DNA from: Verrucomicrobiia bacterium
Lineage (GTDB): Bacteria; Verrucomicrobiota; Verrucomicrobiia; Limisphaerales; JADLHS01
Length of the DNA stretch: 64,000 nt
Reading direction: 5' to 3'
Assembly (NCBI GenBank): GCA_011525685.1
Contig: WYBW01000009.1
Location: 8,369 to 72,368 of the forward strand
Below the pieces are notes generated by a model. That model did no database searches and was not told the DNA's origin. It worked only from the letters and a program-made list of their open reading frames with translations. The translations under genes were made by a program, and so were the position numbers. Positions 21,201 to 28,334 of this stretch are shown here, in pieces; within the stretch, counting starts at the first letter, position 1; every line of letters starts with the position of its first letter.

Positions 21201-22607
21201 CACGCCAAGTTGCCATCCTCCGAGTTGTAATTCGCCGTTCAAAGAACCGATGATGGTATTCGCGCTTCCCGCGCGAAGCTCTCCCGCATCCAAATTGCCA
21301 TGATGCCCCACGTAGAAGTTACCGAACGTTTGAATCACGGCGCTCGTTCCGCCAATCATGTTCAACTGATCGATTGAGCCACTTCCCCCCTCAACCCGCA
21401 ATGTACCCACGTAGAAATTGAGAAGACCGATCCACAGGCTGCCGTCAGCCACATTCAAAAGATTACCGGGAGAGCTACCTGTTGAACCATATTGCATGTT
21501 GTTTGCCCAGAACTTGGCCCCATTCGTTATTAGAACCAGATTGTCCAAGTTGCCGATACCCCAGACCAACCCCACGCCCGCGTAGCCATTGATGTAGAAC
21601 CACGAATTACTGCCAGTAACGGTAATTCGATTGCCGCCACCGTTGTTCAAAAAATAGGAATCCGGCCCCGGCTTGAATAGTCCACCATTGGTAATGATCA
21701 ATGTTTGCTGTCCCGCATGAATTCCGAATTGCATGAGTGCATCGTTGATCCAAGCGCTTCCGGGATCAGAAATAACCACCTTGTTGCCTATGCCGTCCGA
21801 CAAACCCAACTGAACTTGGCGAGTCTGAAACGTTGCGCCGCCGCGAACATTGATTTCATTATAACTGTAGGCGTCCAAACCAGGGACGGTCAAAAGCGAA
21901 TTCGAACCGAGGATGTTGAGGCGAGCGCGTTTGACACCGCCCGCCTCCCCGAGCGTCAGCCCCCCGTAATCGAACTGACCAGTAATGATCCGATTCGTTC
22001 CTCCGATCACATTCCAGACGAACAGGTTGCTGGCCGTCGTGCCGAGCGAGACCTTGCTGGCGTTGCTGACGGTTACGCCTTGCAGCGTCGTCAATTCTCC
22101 GTGCCCAAATGTCAGGATGGATCGGGTCCCGTTCGTCGCCAATAATACGTCAGCCACTACGCTGGCACCGCGCAAAGCCAGCTCTCCGGTCCCGATACGT
22201 CCAATCGACAAAACACCCGCGCCCGCTTCATTCGTCACGATCAAAGAACCGCTGACCGCTGTAACCCGCGAAGTGGCACCCATCGTCTCGCCAACCCGCC
22301 AGGCATTCGTCAACCTCCACAATCCGGCTATGGACTGGGTAACGACCCCGTGGTGGAAGTAGGCTGCCGAATTTGTTGCGTCAACATCAACGGTGAATGT
22401 ATATGCGCCGGCGTTCGTGAACACAACATCATCCGGGGCAGCCGGAGTACCGTTCGGCGACCAGTTTGAGTGGGCGGAATAAACTCCGCCCGTCGAATTC
22501 GTCCAGTATGAAATCCCCGCCCCCGCTTTGATTGCAGACATTGCCCAGAAAAGTGAAAACAAAACCAGCTTCAAAAGGCATCCGGCACGAAGAGATAGCT
22601 CGTTCAT
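18264..22607 (-). CDS. Large secreted Gly/Ser/Asn-rich beta-helix (passenger-like) protein with C-terminal Ca-binding DxDGDG repeats
   Basis: Signal peptide; repeats such as 'SGSGSTW...ISVGAGGSQNQLLVEYGG'; C-terminal DLDGDG/DWDGDGLSN..E...GTDP and terminal RFY motif; no beta-barrel; visibly lower GC than flanks. Confidence 0.8.
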   Translation of the reverse strand: MNELSLRAGCLLKLVLFSLFWAMSAIKAGAGISYWTNSTGGVYSAHSNWSPNGTPAAPDDVVFTNAGAYTFTVDVDATNSAAYFHHGVVTQSIAGLWRLTNAWRVGETMGATSRVTAVSGSLIVTNEAGAGVLSIGRIGTGELALRGASVVADVLLATNGTRSILTFGHGELTTLQGVTVSNASKVSLGTTASNLFVWNVIGGTNRIITGQFDYGGLTLGEAGGVKRARLNILGSNSLLTVPGLDAYSYNEINVRGGATFQTRQVQLGLSDGIGNKVVISDPGSAWINDALMQFGIHAGQQTLIITNGGLFKPGPDSYFLNNGGGNRITVTGSNSWFYINGYAGVGLVWGIGNLDNLVLITNGAKFWANNMQYGSTGSSPGNLLNVADGSLWIGLLNFYVGTLRVEGGSGSIDQLNMIGGTSAVIQTFGNFYVGHHGNLDAGELRAGSANTIIGSLNGELQLGGWQLGVFAGDVGNVTMTGGRAFVTNASQTATLVVGGAGSGTLRVNSGLVQADAASISALPGSSGLLILSGPASRFLTPNLVVGTGGALVVSNAATLQTSNCTAPASTVLVNGATLEFASGTPSITSNAIATTDTTISFRNATAAELDLSNPNYLGRIQRSGSTFLQLIQATNASVASLVFRGNDASTWSGLILNGGTSAIQAGGILIETNSALAATNTDGTITGTLTNRGHIILSNSTLRFVGPVALSETSSFQGSQGFLLFTGGLHLPATDIVVPAGISVQASSITSDGGKLVIAGGGIIPNNDGTVPSGIIMFQDGWVTYLDTPTAPVTPPAGLAGALGLELIRSTNAPVVSQTFAAGSGGYERLRMGTGSGWQSQQLVIGQGGGMFMADSSASVTLTSGGFRVEQGGLFRDDTGGTSHVGFDSASSNASATVSGSGSTWLTPNAISVGAGGSQNQLLVEYGGKLLASSATIGGSSGNNNRLLLNGAGASCMATNGLTVAGSQNQFLVQTGGVFSGSQILASGSSALVSLAGVSAVANCSTQIVLSGSRSRLLVSSGANLFTSNGVLNAFSGSTADISGEGSLWKLTGGLTISAAFSSFATNRVVVSSKASIVSPSLSLSSSTFGRAALTIQSGQLFVTNSAGTANLTVNGPLDLNNGLLRADKVTAGSAATSALNIRAGNAEWAACDLSTGIPLRIGDGTNLATLKLLGGTNICRSGLEVRRYARLIGSGVIIGPVTNRGVFRPSTITIQSNLVFDPTSELALSIAGAPGSPQNSSLTVTGSISLAGNLRISIDPGVAVSNSQSFVLIQCGSIASTFSNVVFGQRLLTSDRLASFRIDNTGTSIIATDFQSEDLDGDGIQDAWATQHFGISPLLPGTGPNDLDGDWDGDGLSNRNEFLLGTDPNDPSSCLFVHMQMLGQGGVTIHFPYLPNRSYYMSTSEDLLNWTDTPIEDFSFDSDGLAVWKDPSTAPQAKRFYQLFVQ

Positions 22608-22630
22608 ACACGAACAAGTCTACTCCCGGA

Positions 22631-22727
22631 CAGGCTGTTGAAAACGCCTTTTTTCGAGTTAAAAAGCCATGTGCCCCCAATGATTTTGAGGGTCAATTCT
22701 TCAAAACACGCCCTTTTCAAGAGCCTG
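22631..22727. mobile_element. Short (~97 bp) MITE-like remnant
   Basis: CAGGCTGTTGAAAA ... TTTTCAAGAGCCTG inverted ends (13/14) with AT-rich interior; ends resemble IS5/IS1182-type termini. Confidence 0.55.
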
Positions 22728-22754
22728 CTGACTCTTGCGGGATAAAGCGTGGAA

Positions 22755-23855
22755 TCAACCTGCCCTTCGCTCCCGAATACTCGCCAGAATCTCCGCCACG
22801 ACCTCCCCCTTCGGCTTCGCGCCTTGCGGGCCGCCGTGGTGCAGACGCACCGAGACGTTGCCGGCCTCCATGTCCTTCGGGCCAATGACCAGCATCGTGT
22901 GGACGCGCAGTTGTTCCGCGTTGGCAATCTTCGCCTTGAACGGCGTGGCGCTGAAATCCGAATCCACGCGCACCATGTTCGCGCGAAGTTCGTTCACGAT
23001 GGGCTTGGCGTAGTTGATCAACGCTTCGTCGTCGTTGAGCGTGATGACGCGCACCTGATCCGGCGCGAGCCAGAGCGGGAAGTTGCCCGCGTAATGCTCG
23101 ATGAGGAAGCCGATGAAACGCTCGTGCGTGCCGAGCGGCGCGCGATGGATGCACAACGGCGTCTTGTTCGAGTTATCCTTGTCGCGGTAGGTGAGGCCAA
23201 ACTTGGCGGGCACGGCGAAGTCCACCTGGTTGGTGGCGATGGTGAATTCGCGGCCGATGGCGCTCCACACCTGCACGTCAATCTTCGGCCCGTAGAACGC
23301 CGCCTCGTTGGCGACCTCCACGTAGTTGATGCCGGATTCGCTCAACACCCGGCGCACCATGTCCTCGGTCTTCTTCCACAACTCCGGTTCGTTGACGTAT
23401 TTCTTGCCCATGCCCTCCGGCGACGACGTGCTGAAGCGCATCTGGTATTTCTCCAGGCCAAAGAGCTTGAAGTATTTCAGATACATGTCGTTCACGGCGC
23501 GGAACTCGTCGGCGAACTGCTCCTCGGTGCAATAGATGTGGGCGTCGTTCATGTTGAGCGATCGCACGCGCATGAGGCCGAACAACTCGCCGCTCTGCTC
23601 GTAGCGGTAGCAGCAGCCGTATTCCGCGAGGCGCAACGGCAGGTCGCGGTAACTGCGCGGTTCAGCCGCAAAGATGCGGTGATGATGCGGACAGTTCATG
23701 GCTTTGAGGTAGTAACTCTCCGCCTCGCCCAGCTTTTTCAATTCCGCGCGCAACTGGGACAACTCGTTGAACGCGGCGACAATCTCCATCGGCGCGGTGC
23801 TCGTTTTAACCGCCTGTTCAACCAACTCAAGTTCGGATTTCGTAATGACAGACAT
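22755..23855 (-). CDS. thrS: Threonyl-tRNA synthetase, C-terminal half (Zn ligands, motifs 2 and 3, anticodon-binding domain)
   Basis: YYLKAMNCPHH, YRYEQSGELFGLMRVR, NDAHI, AAFYGPKID and HRAPLGTHERF, preceded by about 45 non-ThrS residues. ATG at 23855 lies just downstream of the hicA stop. Confidence 0.93.
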   Translation of the reverse strand: MSVITKSELELVEQAVKTSTAPMEIVAAFNELSQLRAELKKLGEAESYYLKAMNCPHHHRIFAAEPRSYRDLPLRLAEYGCCYRYEQSGELFGLMRVRSLNMNDAHIYCTEEQFADEFRAVNDMYLKYFKLFGLEKYQMRFSTSSPEGMGKKYVNEPELWKKTEDMVRRVLSESGINYVEVANEAAFYGPKIDVQVWSAIGREFTIATNQVDFAVPAKFGLTYRDKDNSNKTPLCIHRAPLGTHERFIGFLIEHYAGNFPLWLAPDQVRVITLNDDEALINYAKPIVNELRANMVRVDSDFSATPFKAKIANAEQLRVHTMLVIGPKDMEAGNVSVRLHHGGPQGAKPKGEVVAEILASIRERRAG

Positions 23856-23871
23856 GGAGCGACGATTTGCT

Positions 23872-24087
23872 TCAAAGATTTTCCAACAACGCTTCAACGG
23901 TAATGCCAGCCTGCTTCAGAATGGACTGCAACGTCTTTGGTTTGATTTCGCGGTGCATGGGCACACACGGATGCAGCGAACCTTTCACGTAATGCCGGTG
24001 CGAGCCGGTCTGCCGGACGAATTCAAAACCGAGCCGCTTCAAGGCGCGGCAAACCTCGTCTCCGGAAAGGTCGCGCGGCAGTTTCAC
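23872..24087 (-). CDS. hicA: HicA family toxin (mRNA interferase)
   Basis: MKLPRDLSG.E..RAL..LGF...RQTGSH...VP.H.EIK..TL.SIL.QAG; start overlaps the upstream HicB-like stop. Confidence 0.9.
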   Translation of the reverse strand: MKLPRDLSGDEVCRALKRLGFEFVRQTGSHRHYVKGSLHPCVPMHREIKPKTLQSILKQAGITVEALLENL

Positions 24088-24305
24088 GCGACTGACGCGG
24101 ACAAAACCGGATCCTGAACGAAATGAAGGCGGATCGGCCAGCGCAACCGTTCGTCACCCTCGTCAAACCGGCACTGAACCAAATCGCGGATCATGGCGAT
24201 CAACTCGTCGAGACTGCTTCCTTGCGTCGCCATTTCCGGCTCATGGCAGACCGCGACGAGCATGTCGTCGTCCTGTTCGATTTCAAAAACGAGTTCCTTC
24301 TTCAT
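24084..24305 (-). CDS. Short HicB-like antitoxin
   Basis: ELVFEIEQDDD..VA......ATQG.SLDEL..MIRD.V.C.F; translationally coupled to hicA. Confidence 0.75.
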   Translation of the reverse strand: MKKELVFEIEQDDDMLVAVCHEPEMATQGSSLDELIAMIRDLVQCRFDEGDERLRWPIRLHFVQDPVLSASVA

Positions 24306-24307
24306 AT

Positions 24308-24496
24308 TCAGGCGTAGCGCAGGCGGATGACTTTGGGCCGCTCCGTTTCCTTCTCGAAATGGCAGGACACGGCGTCCTTTACCATTGTGCGCAAATCATC
24401 CCAATCTTCGCCTTGCGTGAAAAGGCTGTGGCCGAGCGCGCGCGCCCAAAAGCCGCCCTCTTCCGCTTCACGCACTGCAAAAATGATTTCGCTCAT
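24308..24496 (-). CDS. Second HicB-like protein, probably C-terminally truncated
   Basis: MSEIIFAVREAEEGGFWARALGHSLFTQGE..DDLR.MVKDAV.CHF; paralogous to 24084-24305 but ends about 10 aa earlier. Confidence 0.7.
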   Translation of the reverse strand: MSEIIFAVREAEEGGFWARALGHSLFTQGEDWDDLRTMVKDAVSCHFEKETERPKVIRLRYA

Positions 24497-24525
24497 GGCT
24501 CAAGCATGTCTGGCCGCACCCAATC

Positions 24526-24741
24526 TTACAAGGCTGCCGTTGGCAACCCGCTCTTGCTGTGTTCAAGCACCGCAATCGCATCCTCGCGCTTGACTGTGGG
24601 AAAGCACTCCAGAAATTCATCCAGCGACAAGTTGTCCTCCAGATACTCGAAGAGCGACTGCACGGGCACGCGCGTGCCGTGAAACACCGGCGCGCCGCTC
24701 ATGATCTCCGGATCAACTTCGATGGGCAGATTCGCTTTCAC
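24526..24741 (-). CDS. DUF433 family antitoxin-like protein (orphan)
   Basis: DPEIMSGAPVFHGTRVPV..L.EYL......DEFL..FP; no DUF5615/PIN partner follows. Confidence 0.88.
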   Translation of the reverse strand: MKANLPIEVDPEIMSGAPVFHGTRVPVQSLFEYLEDNLSLDEFLECFPTVKREDAIAVLEHSKSGLPTAAL

Positions 24742-24916
24742 GCGAACAGAATACGAGCAACGCCGCGAAAAGACAAAGCCGTTTCAAGCAGGGCTGCAAG
24801 CCCGGCAGACTATAGCCCAGGGCAACGCCCTGGGTGCATCGTCAAAAGAAATCCAAAGCCCTGAAAGGGCGGCAGAACTCTCGCCAATCAGCCGCCGCCT
24901 CGATATTCTCCCCGCC

Positions 24917-25447
24917 ATGCCGACAGACCAAACCTTTCACAGCCGGGTGCTTGCCGACGGGCACGCCGAACTCACGGGCGAAGGCAAGCAACAGAAAATC
25001 CGCTACATCGCCGCCGACCACACCGAGCGTTACGCCGACCCCGAGGAACAGGTCCGCGCCGAGTTCTGGGCCGAACTGATTTGCCACTACGGCTACGAGC
25101 CGGAACGCATCGGCTTTGAAATCACCGTGCCGCGCCGCACGCCAGCGGACCGCGCCGACATCGTCGTCTTCCACGACCGCGAGCAGAAGCGCCCCTTTGC
25201 GGTCATTGAGTGCAAACGCGATGGCGTGACCGACGCCGAATTCAGCCAGGCCGTTGAGCAGGCCTGCGGCAATCGCGCCAAGTGAAAGGCAAAACCACTG
25301 GCTCGTCTGGTCGCCGCCGAAGTCATCCGCCGTCGTGAAACCGCGCGCCGCCTGCGGGCCGAGGCCGCCCGCGAATGGGCCGCCGCCAAAGCGTGGTTCG
25401 AATCCGAACTGCTGGGCCGCCCCGCGAACCCGGAGCGCAACTCGTAA
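24917..25447 (+). pseudogene. Collapsed restriction-modification remnant: HsdR_N-type nuclease N-terminus followed by an HsdS-like C-terminal helix
   Basis: PEEQVR, YGY...I..E, RADIVV and IECK motifs up to TGA at 25283-25285. The same frame continues as ...AAEVIRRRETARRLRAEAAREWAAAKAWFESELLG, resembling the end of a specificity subunit (weaker call). Confidence 0.7.
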
Positions 25448-25487
25448 CGCCGCTCGTTCCGCCCAGCGGCAATTTTCACGCCCGGCA

Positions 25488-25704
25488 GAACGCCAATGGC
25501 GTTCCACCCTTCAGCCCGGGGTTGGCGCGGGAGCGCCTACCCTGGGTCATCTGCGTGAACATTCCTCCCAACCCTGAAAGGGTTGCATCCCCAGTCGCGC
25601 GATTGGATGCAACCCCGTTGGGGTTGAAAATCATTTACATGGCCCACCCAGGGTAGCTCGTGCCTCGCAACCCTGGGCTGGTGGGCAGAACGCCGTTGGC
25701 GTTC
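25488..25704. repeat. ~217-bp long palindromic element (REPIN-like)
   Basis: GAACGCCAATGGCGTTC...CTACCCTGGGT...CAACCCTGAAAGGGTTGCATC / GATGCAACCCCGTTGGGGTTG...ACCCAGGGTAG...GAACGCCGTTGGCGTTC. Confidence 0.8.
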
Positions 25705-25938
25705 ACCCGAGCCACGCGCGAAGCCCTCGACCATCTGCCCATCCGCCACGACGACCACGCCGGATTCATCGCCGGACTCCAAAAGCTGCTCGACCCCGTC
25801 GAGCGCGCCCGCAACTGCGTCGCGCATCACCGCACCATTCCCAAACGCACGCTCGACGACTACCCCCAAGCCCGCGAAGACCTGCACCGGGCCATCCAAG
25901 AATTCTGGGACAAGGTAAAACAAGATCCGATGGCGTGA
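25705..25938 (+). pseudogene. C-terminal fragment of a HEPN (Swt1-like) domain protein
   Basis: Helical fragment with an RxxxxH motif (ARNCVAHHR); no start codon outside the upstream palindrome. Confidence 0.55.
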
Positions 25939-26191
25939 GTTGCACGTGGCCGTTCTGTCGCCCCTACAGGGCTTGGGGTTTCTGTGTTGACGATGAACCC
26001 AAGGCGTTGCCCTGGGCTATTATCTTTCGGGCTTTCAGCCCTTCAGTTTGGCTTCGTGGAAATCAGCGTTCACCCGCCGGGCCGTGCCCCACGCGGCAGG
26101 TCAGCATCGCTCGACGGCTCAACTCCTGGCGTCTCTGCGTCTCCGCGTTGAAAGCCGTTTGAGCGGCTTGGGCATTCGCGATTCAGCGCGG

Positions 26192-27259
26192 TCAGAGCCG
26201 ATGCGGGCCGCCGGCGGCGAGCATGTGTTGGCCGAGGCTTTCCACGGCTTCTTCCAGCGCGGGCAGTGAGGACGCGGGCTGGAGTTGGATGCGCAATTCG
26301 TCGCAGAGCGGCTGCAGGACGGGTTGCAGGCGCGAACCGCTGATGAAAATTTTCTCCGGCAGGCTTTTGCCCATCGTCAGCGCCTTGACCAACGTGCGTC
26401 CGGCGGCTTCGCCGGGCGTGAGCGCGCCGCTGGCCACGTCCATGCCGATGACCAGTCCGCGCCGCTTTTCCACCAGCAGGGCGAACCGGCCGAAGCAGGG
26501 GCGACCGTCCTCGACGAACGAGCCGCCGGGCAACATCGTGCAATCGAATTCGCAGGCGAGGCCCGGCTCGCGCTTGAGGGCGCGGAGTTTTTCCAAGTCC
26601 GCGCCGGAAGGTTGAAACGGCTCGAAGCCGGTGAGCGGCGGCAACAACAGCGGTCGCCAGTCGAGGTCTTTGGGCGTGAGCGGACGGTCGGGCATTGGCA
26701 CGGGCAGGAAAGGTATTTCCGTCGCGTCGCGGTCGTCGAAGAGATCGGGGTGCTGCTCGAACAACCTGTAGAACGTCGTGAGGCGCGGCAGGTCGGCGAA
26801 AAGTTGGTCGGCCTCGGCCTGGGTGATGTGCCAGGGATGCCAGCCGGGCGTGGCGGAGCGAAACTGCGGCCAGACCGCGCCCTTGCCGGCGGGCTTGAAG
26901 GCGGCGGCCTGGAGCACCGCCAGGTCTTCCTTCCAAAGCTCGCGCTTGGGCACGAACTCCAGCTTGAGGCAATCCATACCGTCGGCGTTGTTCAAGTCCT
27001 CGGGGTCGGACAGCTCGCCGAGCATGGCCAGAATCCAGCGCAGGCCGGCGCGACGATAAAACACGGCGGCGAAGACTTCGCCGGCGTTGCCGAGGACGTG
27101 GCCGATACGCGTCTCGCCGGTGGCGGGATCAACCAGGCCGACGGGGTTGCTGTCGTAGGCGAACGTCCACGGTTTGAGCGCGGCCAGTTCGGCGGCGGCG
27201 ACGAGCAGGGCGCGCCAGGTTTCGGGGGCGACGGGCGGGGGCGGGGCGAGTTTGGGCAT
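26192..27259 (-). CDS. Conserved hypothetical protein (DUF6930/DUF7309-like)
   Basis: W..L..AA.....L.PW, VLGNAGE, WPQFRS..PG..PW motifs; AGGAGG Shine-Dalgarno upstream of ATG 27259. Confidence 0.7.
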   Translation of the reverse strand: MPKLAPPPPVAPETWRALLVAAAELAALKPWTFAYDSNPVGLVDPATGETRIGHVLGNAGEVFAAVFYRRAGLRWILAMLGELSDPEDLNNADGMDCLKLEFVPKRELWKEDLAVLQAAAFKPAGKGAVWPQFRSATPGWHPWHITQAEADQLFADLPRLTTFYRLFEQHPDLFDDRDATEIPFLPVPMPDRPLTPKDLDWRPLLLPPLTGFEPFQPSGADLEKLRALKREPGLACEFDCTMLPGGSFVEDGRPCFGRFALLVEKRRGLVIGMDVASGALTPGEAAGRTLVKALTMGKSLPEKIFISGSRLQPVLQPLCDELRIQLQPASSLPALEEAVESLGQHMLAAGGPHRL

Positions 27260-27322
27260 CAATTCCTCCTGCGCTCTGGGTTGTTTGGCGGGAACGTTTC
27301 TCGTCATTCGGATGTGGTCAGA

Positions 27323-27347
27323 GGACAGGCGGGACGCGCTGTCCTAC
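27323..27347 (-). repeat. Single GTAG REP-like hairpin overlapping the stop codon of the thrS N-half
   Basis: Minus strand reads AAA-GTAG-GACAGCGCGTCCCGCCTGTCC; the TAG of GTAG is the stop at 27344-27346. Confidence 0.6.
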
Positions 27348-28318
27348 TTTATTTTCGCCGCATAATCGGCCAGTTGCTTTTCGAGTTCGGCGATGCGGGC
27401 GAGAAGCTTTGCGCGTTGCTCGCGGTGTTCGTCTATTTCCATCGGCGGGAACATACTGTCCGCGTAATACGGCAGGTGGCCGGAGGTTTTATACATTTTC
27501 TCCCGCGCCAGATGCGGCGTGCGGACGCGGACGTAGCCGGCGGCGAATTCGGTTTCCTTGGCCAGCTTCTCCAGTTCCTCCACCAGCACCGTGCCCTTGG
27601 GCAGCCACAGCGGCATGCCCGGCCCGACAAACTCGGTGTCAATCGCGAACAGCCCCATCTCCGCACCAATCTTGCGGTGGTCGCGCTTTTTGGCCTCCTC
27701 CTGCATCTTCAGCCACTCGTCGAGCTGGGTCTTGTTCTTGAAGGCCGTGCCGTAGATGCGCTGGAGCTGCGGGTTGCGCTCGTCGCCCTTGTAGTAGGCG
27801 CTGGCTACGCTGGTGAGCTTGAACGCGCCGATGTTGCCGGTGCGCATCACGTGCGGTCCGGCGCAGAGGTCAACGAAGTCGCCGTTCTTGTAGTAGGAGA
27901 TCGGTTCGCCTTCGGGAATCTGGTTGAGCAGATCGAGTTTGAACTTCGAGGCGTTGCCGGGGCGTTCGCCCAGTCCGCCGAGCCGTCCGCTCTGCGCGTC
28001 GGCAATGGCCTGCTCGCGGGGGACGACAATCTTTTCAAAGGAATTGTTCGCCTTGATCTCCTTTTTCATCTCGGCCTCGATCTTCTCGAAGTCCTCGGGC
28101 GAAATGCGGTGCGAACATTCGAGGTCGTAGTAAAAGCCATTCTCGACGGGCGGGCCGTAGGCGAATTGCGCGTCCGGCCACAGGCGCAGGATGGCCGTGG
28201 CCATGACGTGGGCGCAGGAGTGGCGGATGCGCTCCAGCTCGGTCATCTTCGCGCGGTCGTCGAGGGTTTTGCGGTCGGGATTCGATTGTGGCGGTGGTTG
28301 CTGATTCTCGTTGGGCAT
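27344..28318 (-). CDS. thrS: Threonyl-tRNA synthetase, N-terminal half (editing/SAD domain plus motif 1; no TGS domain)
   Basis: RHSCAH, DLCAGPH, LQRIYGTAF, RDHRKIG, GY..V.TP and SGHLPYY..SMFPPME, then about 30 non-ThrS residues and a stop. Confidence 0.93.
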   Translation of the reverse strand: MPNENQQPPPQSNPDRKTLDDRAKMTELERIRHSCAHVMATAILRLWPDAQFAYGPPVENGFYYDLECSHRISPEDFEKIEAEMKKEIKANNSFEKIVVPREQAIADAQSGRLGGLGERPGNASKFKLDLLNQIPEGEPISYYKNGDFVDLCAGPHVMRTGNIGAFKLTSVASAYYKGDERNPQLQRIYGTAFKNKTQLDEWLKMQEEAKKRDHRKIGAEMGLFAIDTEFVGPGMPLWLPKGTVLVEELEKLAKETEFAAGYVRVRTPHLAREKMYKTSGHLPYYADSMFPPMEIDEHREQRAKLLARIAELEKQLADYAAKIK

Positions 28319-28334
28319 ACAGGCTTTCTTTGTT

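Larger units (their letters stand above)
24790..26042. mobile_element. 1.25-kb cassette bounded by ~90-bp imperfect inverted repeats
   Basis: 24790-24878 (AGGGCTGCAAGCCCGGCAGACTATAGCCCAGGGCAACGCCCTGGGTGCATCGTCAA...GCCCTGAAAGGGCGGCAGAAC) matches the reverse complement of 25952-26042. Confidence 0.75.

Noticed and set aside
17696-23321. DGR template/variable repeat pair
   Set aside because: Mismatches are mostly synonymous and not adenine-specific (several C/G changes), and no reverse transcriptase is present.
25283-25285. Programmed read-through or selenocysteine at the in-frame TGA
   Set aside because: The two sides resemble the start of one R-M gene and the end of another; a deletion scar is simpler.
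23855-27344. Group I/II intron or prophage interrupting thrS
   Set aside because: No reverse transcriptase, homing endonuclease, integrase or phage genes, and no recognisable intron boundary motifs by eye. A covariance-model search was not run.
23720-27440. Split intein explaining the thrS break
   Set aside because: The extensions are short and helical. There is no N-terminal Cys/Ser block and no His-Asn followed by Cys/Ser/Thr at the C-junction.
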